Assembly: GCA_900617105.1 (NCBI GenBank)
Contig: UYFQ01000365.1
Span: forward strand, 1 to 32,398
Reading direction: 5' to 3'
Source of the DNA: Hydrurus foetidus
Lineage: Eukaryota
DNA length: 32,398 nt
Program-made: the position numbers and the translations under genes
Notes under the pieces: model-generated
What the model was told of the DNA's origin: nothing
Databases searched by the model: none
The model's input: only the letters and a program-made list of their open reading frames with translations
Shown: positions 11,620 to 24,648 of the stretch, piece after piece
Position numbering within the stretch: position 1 is the stretch's first letter
How the letters are laid out: the number at the start of each line of letters is the position of its first letter

Positions 11620-14269
11620 GGCTAAAAGTATCTCCGATCACGGTTTCGTAGACCATTTGGAGGAAATAGCAGCTAACATTGTCAATCCTGTTTACAGATT
11701 ACCTGTTGATTTCAAGAGAAGAGTAATAGATTGGACAATCCAAGATGTCACCGAATGGATAAATTCATTGAATTTTTTGGCACCCGATAACGAGTTCATC
11801 GCGCGATCGTTGAAACAGGAATGTGTGAACGGCATGGCGCTGATGGACACATCTTTAATTGGGAAATGGTCTGAGCTTGGTTTGGCAGCGAGTCATTACT
11901 TCATGATTCGGTGCATATTTGATGGATGGACCCGCGGTTATGGGAAAGCCTTGATCTGTCCCCCAGGAGTGCCTGCGGGAGTCGTGGCGGGAATTACTGC
12001 GGATCTGAGCTACTGCTCCGTGCAAGAAGCTAGAGAGCTAGTAGAGGCTGATAATCAGTGCATTGAGAGAGGAATAGGTTACATTTACGGCCAACTAGTT
12101 GTTCTAGGCTACAAGGAACATCGTATCCAAGGGGACGCATGGCAGCCAGTAGGGTGGAGTAACGATAAGTTTGTGATGAAGAGACGGTACGGTGCGATGA
12201 CTCTTCTTTTCTATTTTTAGCAGATCATATTTACCATGGTGCACATCTTCTTTTATTTTCATCATAGCAAGCTACCTAACGGTATCAGGCAAAATAGAGT
12301 AACCAGACCTGACGTCAGTGTCTCACATTCAGAATCCCCTCCTATGGATGTGGATTGTAAACGCTTTCAACAGACAAGTCACACGGTGTCTATTTCATAC
12401 AATTACGGGGCACTTAGTGACTGCGGTGCTTTACTCCCCGCCAAGGAAGAAGACCGGATAGTTTTTGAGTACGTTCCGGATCCCTCCAAAGATTTATTCC
12501 AAGTGGGTCGGGTTGCTACTAATGACTTCATCGTGAAGGGGCCTCTGCACTATGACAACTCCATGGTGACGTGTGGCCCGGTGAGTAGGTACGCATGTCG
12601 CATCGAGGTGGAGAGAAGGGCGCCCTTTAGGGCATTCGTGTTCGCAGCGGGATTCAACATCACTAATGTGAGAGTAGTATGACACACATTTCACCTGTCC
12701 CATGACTGCTCGCAACCAAATTGCAGCGATCAAAGCAATTAATTATGCACCATGTAATTATGAACTCGACAATCATGCAGGATATATCGCTAGGATTATC
12801 AGCGCCGAAGTGGTTCGACAAAGAAGCTTCCCCTGAGGACAGGTGGCGCTCCTTCGATGCACTCACCACATACGGGGTCAAGTTATGGCAACCCGAGATG
12901 CGAGAGTGGTGTGAGATATCTGTGCAGGGGAATGTGTTCAGGCCACGGGTTGTGTTTGACGAGGTGGGGGAGAGGATGGGTCCAAGATACACAAACGAAC
13001 TCACGGATGGCTCTATAATCGACATTTGTGGTGCAGTATTTCTATTTCAAAATCCGGTTTCTATGGCTGAGCTCATTCGAAAACACGTAAGTGGTATACT
13101 GTATGGTCCTTTATGATGCCACTACATTCTCTCTGACCCCTCATGTTTTTATGTTCTCTCACTATCTCCGTCACATGCGCACACATAAACACAGGTCAAC
13201 CCAGCGGATGTTATCTCCAGTCTCAATTCTCTTCATCCGCAATGCCCTGTGCTGTTCAACTCTATCACCTTTTCCTACATCGACTGTGAGGAGAGAGTTA
13301 GGAGGGCTTACCATCGTCTCGAGACCTCAGGGGAATCTTTTTCATCCGTTGGCCCCATGCATATACCCACAACAAACTACGATCACGTGGAGGAAGAGCA
13401 CCGTTCATACGTCTTTCCTTCATGCGGCCACGTCCATGGATATCACAAATCCCTTCAGGATAGGTCAATTTTACAATTTGGCTTTTTCTCTTCTCTTTTT
13501 TTCTTTCTGATCATTACTCACTCATTTGTTCTACCACTTACTAAAACCGTCTTCTTTTCCCTAATTCTCCGCTATCTTACCCGTGCACATATATACCTCC
13601 AGACCATGTCCTCTCTGTCGCAAAAAAGGAGCATTCGTGCCAATTGCTTTTGCATTCGAGCCAGCTATTTGTTTTAGTGCGCGCCCAACACATGTCTTCA
13701 ACCCATGTGGCCATGTCGCTTCAAGAGTGGTGTGTGAGAAATGGTCTCGCATCCCTATGCACAGCTCCAATGCCGTGACAGCTGTGTTGAAACCGCTATG
13801 CCCCTTCTGTGCAACGTAAGTAGAATTTCCCTCTCTGCTGCTTCACTTCATGGGGCAACATCACCGCACCTGCAAAATGTGCATCGCTAGGTGCCTTTTC
13901 CTTTCTATTTAATTGGCACTTTCCCCTCTACCCAGGGTTCTGAACGGGCCTGCAGAGGGCGGCCCCTACAACAGGCTGATCCTCCAAACTGAATCAGGGG
14001 AAGCATGGGAGAGCAACGAGGAGGACACGAGTGTTCACCCCTCCTTCCCAGGTCCCTCCTTTTTAGGGAGTTCTGAGGGGCAGGGTCGGGTGGGGAGTAA
14101 CACAACGAGCGCTGAACACGTGAACTCATGCCACATGCTTTTGTACCTCAAAGATCAAGCCACTATGGATGCGAAACTGAAGAGAGACGGGTGGTTCGAG
14201 AGAAAGGACTTGGCGAAGATGAGGGTGACAGCACCCGCATTCCCCAAGTACACTCCTCAGTTGGACTGA
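11504..14269 (+). CDS. PELI: Pellino-family E3 ubiquitin ligase with an N-terminal SAM-like domain. Predicted exons 11504-12186, 12268-12667, 12781-13086, 13195-13463, 13603-13815, 13936-14269
   Basis: Pellino FHA-core motifs in order: YGQLVVLGY, DLFQVGR, SRYACRI...FAAGFN, DALTTYGV, WCEISVQGNVF, NELTDGSIIDICG, PQCPV. RING-like CGHVHGYH...CPLCR...PTHVFNPCGHV...WSRIP...CPFCA. SAM-like DWTIQDVTEWINSL...VNGMALM...SELGL. Confidence 0.88.
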
Positions 14270-14319
14270 ATCTAGTCATTCCTTCCGCCTGTCATCTCGC
14301 TAAATATAACGGTGCAGAA

Positions 14320-14510
14320 TAGCACAGTGTAGCGTAGTGTAGTATAGCATAGCATAGCATGATCTAACATAGTATAGCACATCACCATAACGTACTGTTG
14401 TACTATAACTTTTCTTCTCCTCTCCAATCGCAGAATCATTAGAACGGGGATACACACGACTCATAACATCACGTCACATCACATCACATCATATCATATC
14501 ATATCATATC
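14320..14510. repeat. Degenerate pentanucleotide microsatellites (TAGCA/TAGTG-like and CACAT/CATAT)
   Basis: Short arrays at about 14320-14380 and 14475-14510. Confidence 0.7.
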
Positions 14511-15301
14511 AGGCGCTCAAATCGTGGTATTAACTATATACTAAATAACGATGCGCTACCCATACTATCTTGAATAATATCGATAGACAGATCATAACAA
14601 CGCTTCGATCACCTCGAAATGCCGGTCACTTTTCGATCATCACAGAATCCTTACTGCTCCACTTCACCTGAATGACCTGACTAGATTTTTCGACGCCTTC
14701 TAAAATAAAGATCATCGAGACCAAATTTGTCGAGACTATTTTGCATTGTTCTTGATTCTCTTTGGAGATGAAGTCCAACCATAAGGAACAAGTTTGGTCA
14801 TTCTCATGAGAACGATCGCCTGTCCAGTGGCCTTCACAGCGGCTCTTCGACATCTCTTCTTCTCCCTCTTCAGTATAATGGTGAACATGCTCCTCGTGCC
14901 TGTGCATCTCCATAGCGACTGGCGCAGCGTCTACATGATTCACGGCACACAATTCGCAGATGACACAAAACTTGCAGCAGAGCACTTGAAGATGCATTGA
15001 ATAATCCCAAAGAGTGAACTTCTCGAAGTGAATCAAAGTGGTATTTTGTTAATGTCGATCAGCATTTCAATATGATGAGAGTCGAAAAATTGTTTCCTGT
15101 CGGAAGTGATTACTCGAGGGTTCAACGTACTGTTGTGTATGGAGACGCAGTTTAGTGTAAGTGTGGTGTAAGTGTAATTAGATGCGATTTCAATCTGAGT
15201 AATCTCAATTGTAAAACGAGTAGGCTATTCTAAGCTAAGTAGTTATTTGTGCGCAGCTTACATAGTGCAATATTAAATAATCCCTCTTCTCGATGATGAC
15301 T

Positions 15302-18300
15302 TTATTGATGAAGGAGGAATACGCGATGTAGCAGACAAATTGCAGATGGAGCGATCAGCTCGAGCACTCCTGTAAGGAAGTAGAAATCCCTTGCAAACAA
15401 GTCCTTGGTAAGCATCGCATCGGGGAGATATTTTCCTTTCGATTCAACGATTTTAGACGTTCTCACCAGCACACTTGCGAGGTCTACAAATCCTCTCGTC
15501 ATTGAGATGCGGATGTGCTGCTGTCCGTCTCCATTTCTCTTGTGGTGGGTGATAAAGTCCCATCCGATCAGTTCCACTGTAGGATCGTTTGCGAGGGGAG
15601 CTACAGCATTGAACCAAGCGCTATTGTACGAGTTGTCTCCATTTGTCATCATCATCCACTCACATTGCGGCAGATTGGCCATGAAACCCACCAGACTGTC
15701 GGTTTCATCGTATCCGTAGAAAGGATTGCGGAACGTTCTTTTGGGTGAGTTGACATCCCAAACTACATGTGCTTGAGAGCTTCTGCCTGGATTAAGATCC
15801 TTGTTCACTCTGTTCACGATCTCCTCGAGGGCATGAGAGAAAGTGAACCGAGTAGATTTAGCACTGCTGCCAGGTAGAAACACTGAGTTCCGCTCTGTGT
15901 CAGAGATGAAGATCTGCAAGTCCAAAGAGTCGCCCATTGGTGACTTGGCATGTTGTGCGACCAGTGAGCGGAGCAGAACCTCGAGCCACGCCTTGTGTGA
16001 CTCATACGTACGCACCCCGATGCAAATAGCCCGTCTCGGAGCTGCGCCCACCCTCACCTGGCCAGCACTCTGAGTTCTCGGGATGGATTCATGACGAACA
16101 GACTTCTTTCGGGATTTCAATTTGATTACACTATTCTGTGATTTATCGTTTTTGCTTTTCTTTTTGAGGGAGAATCCGAAATCATCGAGAGCCGTTGAAA
16201 ACTCCTCGGCGCGCTTGGAATAAGAATGTTCTTTGCGGACGAACATTGAGAGTTCTTGCGTAAGATTCTTACGGGCAGCATCGTTGGACAGGAAATGCTT
16301 CAGCAGTGCCGACAACTCACTGGCAGTGGAGTAGGTGGGCAGCTTCCCTCCGAATGTTCCTTTGCTTCCCAGCACTCCATTCGTTATCACTAGGGCACCG
16401 CTGGAAAGAGCATCGAAGACACGGGAATTGACACTACCCCAGGGAGCGGTCACATGGTTGGCGTCATCAACAACTATCTTGACCCTTTGGTAAATCTAAG
16501 AGAACAAAGAGTTATGGAACGACTTTTAGTGGGACGCAGTGTTTCTGTAGACTGAACTTAACTACGCACTTGGTCACTTGAGTCAACAGTCAGTCAGTCA
16601 GTCAGTGTATCAACACAGCTTTCGAAGGAGATCACTGAGTACCTTGGGTAAGTGCTGATAAGGAATGCTTCCTACAGCGATTCGTCTAAATTCATCGGAA
16701 ATGTTCGGAGCTGTGTCCCATCCCTTGCCGATGATTACTCCTGCAATAAAATAAATGTAACAATCAGTGAAATATGACAGCAGTTGAATGGTAGCGTCAC
16801 GAAAAAGAAGTTGAGAGTGATACAACCCAAACCAGAGAACGAATAGAGTGAGAGTTTAGGAAGGTCATCGATTGTTAACGCATGTATGCACTAAGAGGCA
16901 CTCTATGCACTGATGACCTAAACTAAGGGCATGAAAAGCGATAGTAGAGAGTGATATTGTGAACGATCTTATGATAAGAACATAGTGCGGAGAAGATAAG
17001 CACCGCACCTTTGTATTTCGGCATGAGGTCAATAGGATCGAAATTCATGATATTCCTGTGAGTGTTGTAGTATGATCCGGTGAAGGCGTAGTCGGCACTG
17101 TCGAGGATCTCTTTCTTCTTGCCATGTGTCGTGACTTTTTCTTTCGATTGCAGAAAACGATTCTTCTCAGCACTATTAGAGCCTATTTCTGCTTTAGGTG
17201 TATCTTCACCGAACCAATCGGCTTCGCTGCCTTCACCGTGCAGTACTCGGCCCTCTTGCGTTGACACCATGAAACCTCTGCGATTGTCTGATGAGGTAAA
17301 TGGTGGTAGTTAGACTCAATTACGATGGCTGCGCAATGCCGCACTGCATTACTGCAACTCTATTCAGTGGAAGGACAAGCGCATCATGATAACGTACGCA
17401 TAAACCACTTAGTACGCACCGTTGCTCATGCTTTTGAACTTGTCGATGTTCGTGGCGATTTGAAGGATCTTGACAGGCACTTTAGATCGGAATGTAGCCA
17501 GTATTCTGCGTTTGGAGGTTTTCTTTTTCTTGTTGTCGACAGTGCCAGCAGCCTCCATGACGGGTCGCACCAACGACCCCTTCGTACCTACACCCTGCAA
17601 GTACTCAAATCGAATAGTTTTGGACTCATCCCCCCCGAATCTATTTCTGGCGGGCAGAAATATGACACAAGACAGAGGGACTTTCTCTGCAGCTGGGAAT
17701 ATCCTCTGCACGCTATTGACTGTCTTGCCGCTTGAAGCCGTGGAGGTCACGAGATTGTCCATGCTATTCCCTGTTGCATCATGTTGTTGCTTCTTCACCC
17801 CTGTGGGTGTTGGATCTGTCATTATAGTGCAAGACAGCTCAGGTGAGCGTTCCGTAGGGCAGCCGTGGATGCAGTCAACCGCATGGCCGTATCGGGCACC
17901 GAAGTCAATATAGAAATCCTTTGCAAGTGTCGAGGAGGAGAATAGGAGATCAAAGTTGCCCACCCATGGCTGTTTCAGCCAACGGGGGAACCAGTTTCTC
18001 GCCCAACCAATGGTGACGAGGGTGGGTTTGGGACCAGCCATGAAGTCTCTGTGTTGGTGACTGCGAAGCGCCTTGGTGACGTCATAGTCATCAAGGAGAG
18101 CCACTAATACGTCAACTTCCTGCAGTCGAGCTGGGTCGTACCAATCAATGCCCTTGGACAGATATATCACTCTGACATTTTCATATTCCAGTTCTAATGC
18201 GGTGCCAAGTTCCGTTGCTGTGAAGATGTCTCCGGCCAAAGGATATCGGACAGCATCTATATAAGCGTTCAAAGAGATGTATGCTGCTGTGAATTTTGCT

Positions 18301-20380
18301 GCCTATTCATATCATTGGTAGACTGGAGGAGCTGAAGTACCTGAGATGGCGAACGCTATCACGGTCATCCTCCCTTGTTGCTTCTGCTGTTTGTCGGTTG
18401 CATACGACCCGTTTTGGCTGTTCTTGTCATATACATCCAAAGGGGGGTACACTGACAAACGGCTGAAAGGCTTCTCCACGAAGACGTCCTTGTACTTCGA
18501 GTAGAATGAGGGATAGATGACACCGTTCGTGGCTAAAATTTTCTTGTTTTTAGTCATCCCTGCGTGGTATTTTGACAGATCGTCTCGGCTGTCCTCATTC
18601 TTTGCGTTACGTGACATCTTCACTGTGACGCTTTTAAAGTGGTATACATACGCACCCAAAGAAATCTTTGGCATCATTTCAAGCTTCTCCATATCAGCAA
18701 TAAGCTTGTCTTCTTGTCCGATGATGAGGCCGCTAGGGTCGAACAAAATGGTGGGGTATTTGAAGGCAGCTGGTTGAATGCCTGAAATGTTCACAGCAAA
18801 GAGAAATCCGTTGAATCGAGCCTTATTCTTCCAGACTGAGTTCAATAGATGGTTGGCTCCGGAGAGTTGAGCAGCGTCCATGCTCGCATATGGCTCGTGA
18901 GTTGGCTTCATGGCACGTTTAATGCTTGAGAGGGCGGAGCTATTTGCCGTCTCCTTCGTGCTTTTGGTAAGGACATCTTGAATGAGCTGGACATTGTTGG
19001 GGTTGTCTACATAGTCCTCGATGTCCACGGACAGTTCAAGGGCGCGAACGAGACTCTGCAGGAATTTGCGTAGAAGTGGTGCATCGCATTTATCAGGAGG
19101 TCAATTGAGATGGAAGGGCTCAACAGGAAGAGTGAGAAGCTGATTTACCTGTCCTGGATTATGTCCCGCTCCTTTCAGCGTTGTCAACGGGACGACAAGT
19201 ACTTCATTTAGAAGATCCCTCCTCAGCGCATGAATTGCTCCGTACGGCACCAAGATATCGTTATTGGCGAATATTATGTATTTGTAGCCCTTCGTGAGAG
19301 GGGTAAATGATAAGTGTCATAATGTCACAGATCACAAGAAATGCTCGCAACTGTACAGCTTACCGTTGATACAGCAAATTCATATCCTTTGTTCCAACTA
19401 TCAGTGAGTCCCATAGGTTTCTGCTTGCTGATGACAAAGAAGCCTTTCTTTCGTAGATAATCCGCTGGCAGTCAGTCACAGAGATCATAAGCATTTTATG
19501 AGCGTCTGGAATTTCATCTGTTATTGATCATTAAATGAATCATGATACCTGTTCCATCGAGTGAATAATCGTCGACTATTAGTATATCCGCGATGTCCAC
19601 AGAACGAACTAGATGCTCCATAGCTAGGACTGTCACATCCAAATGACCGCAAGTTGTCAAAACGATCAGCACATCCTTTCCGATGCGTTCGGAACCTGCT
19701 GGAGTATTGGGCAGCTCCATAATCAGATTCCTGTCTCAGCTAATCGGGTTAATGCAATTTTCTTGCTTACTTTCTAGACGTCTCGATGTCCTGTCGAATT
19801 GCTCGTCTGTGTCGGATGCTGATAAAGTCGGAATTTGACTTGATAAATCCTCAGGTTGGAGACGCGAGAGCGCATAATTGGCGGCGGCACATGGATGCTG
19901 CACGGTTTCTTCAACGTCGCTCAATCTTGCTTTGTTGTTTGTGTCCCTCTCGCTCACAGTATTTTTGTCCTTAGCCGCCCTATCGTCAACGTAAACTACA
20001 CCTGGTAGAAAGACACGGGAGTTGTCTGTGTTGAGAATAACCTCTGTGACGAACTTTTCTCCTGTACTTTTTTCCAGACCAAGATTAAGTCCTGTGAAGT
20101 AAGTGCCCTCAATTGCCGCAAGTATTTCGGTTGGGTACTTTCCGAAATTATCTTCAAAATCGGATTTTTCCTGTAACTTTTCGAGTGATTCCCTCTGTAC
20201 TGGAAGTGTCTCGTCGAGTTGCAGCATTTGAATTTGGCGCTCATCAAAGTAGCTGTCCCTCGAGGACATACCGAAAGCGAATCCCGTATCTCTTTCAAGA
20301 CTGCACAAACAGTATAGCATGGAGACAACAGCGAGGGTTATCCAAATGCCGGCCCGGAAGTATACACTCTGGGATATCAT
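15302..20380 (-). CDS. Large intron-containing multi-domain glycosyltransferase (N-terminal membrane anchor, GT2-like domain, CgeB/YkvP-like GT-B segment, C-terminal GT-A-like domain)
   Basis: Collinear minus-strand ORFs linked by GT-AG introns. Hydrophobic N-terminus. GT2 motifs VLIVLTT..., ILIVDDYSLDGT, SWNKG, YIIFANNDILVP. CgeB-like IYQRVKIVVDDANH...VNSRVFDALSSGALVITN. C-terminal EWMMMTNGDNSY...GFVDLASVL. Not all internal exon boundaries were resolved. Confidence 0.75.
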
Positions 20381-21419
20381 GTCGCCACCAAATTCGCCGC
20401 TCTTAAGCTGAAGTGAGGAAGACGTCAGATGATAATTTCATCTATTATTGTGTAAGCTACCTAGAGATAAAAGAAATTGAGCGGGAACATATTATGTTGT
20501 TTCTTACGACACTTTCTTCATCATCGAGAATCGAGACATTCAATAATTTTCATGCGGTTCTGGGTTCTGGGTCCTAGCCAGGTTCCTGAAAATGCAACGT
20601 GACCACCATTCTTCAAATGTTTGAAACATCATAGAGACGGAGAATTCAGGCAAAGGAATTCAGCATTGGAGGAGTATCTTCTGAAATAGATATTGTAATC
20701 AAATCACAGCGTGGATATCCCCATCTTTGCGATATGATTACTGAGCATTTTGATTTACGGTACTCTCCTCTCCAGATGACTGTTCCCATGGAATGATGTT
20801 ATCTGACCTGGCCTCGTAGAAACAATAGAGCTCCGTTAATGACAGCAATCTTGGCAACTTACGATATGCATTTATTATGATCACACAATACTTCGAGAAG
20901 AGAAAAAGTTGAAGCGCATACATCTGCATAAGTAACAAGCGAGACTTGAAGATAAGCGGTAGAAGAATGAATTTATTCCAACGAGAATATTTTTCATCAC
21001 CTCCGAGCGAAATCAGACTCTGTTAGTTAATTATGTCGATCGGTTCCATTTCACTGATCATCGAATTTATCAGATATGGATATGGAATCTAGTCAACTCA
21101 ACCGTCACAAATCTGAGCTTCATCAGCAGCTCAAGTTTGCTCAAATATCACTGTTGTTTGCGTGAAATCAAAACACAAAACACAAAACAGTATTATGGAA
21201 GCTGTTGATATTGTGATAGTCAGCTGTAAACTGTGAAGTAGGAGAAATGATGTCACCCCAGATTCCAGATCGAAGTCCGAGGTTCGAGACGAAGATCCTT
21301 CGCTGCACTGTTATCTCGCTGATCTCGCTCCGATTGCATTCCGACCCTGCAAAAATTGCAATGTGTCCGCTGAGGAGATATTGTCAGAAGTAATTCTACT
21401 GAAGATTACTTAAGCAAAA

Positions 21420-22770
21420 ATGATGAGGTCTTCTCTCAGATCAGCAAGGGATCTTGTCAGGGTGAGCCGCATGATCGCTTTTCCGGCGTCAAGGTCGCTC
21501 TCTACAACTGCCAACAGCATTACACTCGACCTTGGCAATGTTTTCTCCACCCATTGTAAGTGATTCAATTTAGTTCTTAGCCATTAACGCCTCAGATCGC
21601 TAACTATGCATTCTTTGTACGAAATTACAGTGTGTGATGCGCCTTCATCGACAGTAACCGCGACGAAGGAAGAACTTCTTGCCTTCTTTAAAGAGATGTA
21701 CACCATGCGAAGAGTTGAAATAACAAATGACACCGAATACAAGGTAGACAACCGCCGCGAAACCGAGAAGCGACGTCATCACCATCCTCTCATGAATTGC
21801 TTCAACCATCACATAGGCGACAAATATTCGAGGCTTTTGTCATTTATATGATGGACAGGAGGCAGTCGCAAGCGGGATGCAAGCCGCGATGAAGAAGGAA
21901 GACTCCTGGATTACTTCTTACAGATGTCACTGTGTGGCTCTCCTGAGGGGCTCCACGGCGGAGCAAGTATTCGCTGAGCTGTTCGGTTTCTCAAATGGCT
22001 CTTCGAAAGGAAAAGGTGGCTCAATGCATTTCTACTCAAAGGAAAACAATTTTTTCGGCGGACAGGGCATCGTTGGCGCTCAAGTTCCAGTCGGGGCTGG
22101 CCTGGCATTCGCTGCCAAGTACAACACGCCTGTCGGTGAAAAAATGCCGATAGCCATTGCTTGCTATGGAGATGGCGCTGCCAATCAGGGTCAGATATGG
22201 GAATCTGCGAACATGTGCAAACTCTGGGACCTCCCAATGGTATTCGTCATTGAGAATAATCATTATGGCATGGGAACTAGCACTGGACGATCATCGTGCA
22301 ACAACGATTATTACACCATGGGGGGACGCACCATACCCGGGATCAAGATCAACGGGATGAATGTCCTAGCCGTGAAGCAAGGATTCGCCATGGTAAGAGA
22401 ACACTGCTCGAGCGGGAAGGGACCCATGTACGTTGAATTCGATACCTACCGTTACCATGGTCACTCCATGTCAGACCCTGGAACCACCTACCGTACTCGT
22501 GAAGAAGTGGGTGGTGTGCGTGAGGCCAGAGACCCCATAGACTACGTGAAGAAACTCCTCATTGATAACAAATTTTTCAGCATTGAGGAAATAAAGAGTA
22601 TCGAGAAAGAGATCCGTAATTCGGTACAGGAGAGTCTCCTTGCGGCAAAGAAGGGCCGTTTCGCACCAGATGACTGGTTGTATCGCGAAATCCACGCCAC
22701 TCCTGATATGAAGGATGAATCAATCAAATATATCAGAATGCCCGACATCCAGAAAAGCATTCACAACTGA
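21420..22770 (+). CDS. PDHA1: Mitochondrial pyruvate dehydrogenase E1 alpha subunit. Predicted exons 21420-21555, 21631-21743, 21817-22770
   Basis: IRGFCHLYDGQEA, ITSYRCH, KGKGGSMH, GIVGAQVP, TPP-binding YGDGAANQGQ...ENNHYGMGTS, TYRYHGHSMSDPG. Arg/Ser-rich presequence-like N-terminus. Confidence 0.96.
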
Positions 22771-23076
22771 AAGCGACACTTAAATTAATGCGTCCGATTC
22801 GACAAGAGTTGCTCGTTACACTGTATTCGACAAGACCCATCCCCTAATATTTTTGAGGTAGATCTGATGCCTGCAAGCGAATGGGCCACATTTACCAAAT
22901 TGTGAACATGTCCACAATAACACGCTAGATGACGGCATAGTTAAGAATGCATATTGTGCGTGGTGCATTGCATGGTCTTTGAGCGGACATGTCTCTTACC
23001 TACTAAAAAAAGCATCACATGACGTCGGAGAAACTTCTTGTTATTGCTTCATAAATTTCGCAGACATTCATTTGAA

Positions 23077-24160
23077 TCAAACTACGGCATTATTGAATGA
23101 TGTTGTAGAGGCTGGGACACCGATAGCAAAAGTGGTCACAGGATAAAGCTCAGAAGGAAAATCAGTTTGAAGCACTTCAGTGACAATCTCTAAACCAGAC
23201 AGCTGGATCAGGAGCCGTATGTACTCTCTGCAACGAGCAACTGAGTTGTCTTCCTTGTCAACCACGAAGGTCCAGTCAGTGGAACAATTGTCCTAATGGT
23301 ATCAATATATATGAGCACGTGAGACCCGAGGGATCAGACAGTTCATGATACGGGACGTTAAGATTTACGCACCTTCAATATAATAACGCCGCCAGGTCTT
23401 AAACCGCTAGCGCATCGCTTATAAAACTGAATGACATCCTGATCGTGGAGATGACCCAGGACCCACTGTATCCAGATCACGTCGTAACTGTTCGCCGCAG
23501 GCTCAAACTCCTGAGAGAGTTTAAGGCGATTTAGTTTCACTATACCGTACATTCATTCCGTTTGCTATTTGCGGGTACCTGAAGTTTTTGCACAATGCAC
23601 GTTGCTCTCGAACTCATTTCACCGATGTATTCAGGTGCAGCTGCGAGAAGTCTGGGGCTCTGCTCAATAATGTCGACGTGGTTGAATCTGTTCAACAAGA
23701 GATGTTTTGCCACCCGTCCAATGCCAGCACCGCAATCAGCAGCACGGTCGAAACATAACGCCGGACGTAAGACTGATAATTGATCGAGAAATAGGTTTGA
23801 TCCTTTCACGTCCTCAGGTGTTATTTTGCCGTACCCCCCTAAAACACCATCATCGGAAATGGGGCAGTTCTTCTCATCCTCCCAGAACTCATAAGCTGTA
23901 TTGTACCATCGTTTACCGTTGTCGGGCATAAGTTGATTGTCGATGGAGAGTTTGCCATCGGCTTCCGTTCTGGAAACACCACTTATTTCATCATCATCCG
24001 AGTCATCAGGGTCAACAAGTCTACGTGGATCCTCCATATTGCATAACTCAACGTTCCATAGATCCTCGATGCCTTTGTACTCGCGTCCATACATGTCAAC
24101 GCCGCTGATTTCTCCAACACTTTGAATGAGAAGTCTCTCGATATCTAAGAAGGATACCAT
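23077..24160 (-). CDS. NTMT1: Alpha-N-terminal protein methyltransferase (NTM1/Tae1 family). Predicted exons 24160-23579, 23510-23373, 23292-23077
   Basis: WY...FWE...DGVLGGYG, DVKGS..FL, SAM-binding ADCGAGIGRVAKHLL, YDVIWIQWVLGHL, GGVIILK|DN, DKEDNSVAR, QTDFPSELYPV. Confidence 0.92.
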
Positions 24161-24648
24161 TATTGCAGTAAGTTGATCAATTCGCAATGTGATCTCGTAT
24201 TTTCAATATGAAAATAATTAGACTCCTTTCTATGAGAGTCTCTCAATCACACAATCTCTTAAGTGGTACGGAAGATTCTGATCTGTTGGCGTTGTGGGTA
24301 GCCGCTGGTTCTATGGTTTACAAATGCTTCCACTGTGTATGTGATGCACCACGTACACTGTACACTGTACGGAAACCGCCCAGCCAGAGGCCAGAACGTA
24401 CACCATATTATCCCAACTTGCTTGCACTGAGGCCAGTCCTTATGCCGCCATTGGAATACAGATTTTGGAGCCTTTTTTTGTTTTTTTTGTCGGCGACGTG
24501 GCCTTATCGCGCTAAAAAACGACAATTCAAAATATGTTGGCGACATTTTTTTGAGGCAACGACAGAGAAAGTGTCCTTTTTGTGTTTTAGATCCTATCAA
24601 ATGTCGCCTCCAACATAAAATTATTATTGCCATTAAAAGCAATAAATA

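Noticed and set aside
14626..15036. 136-aa minus and 68-aa plus ORFs
   Set aside because: No motif or splice support, and they lie between two convergent 3' ends.
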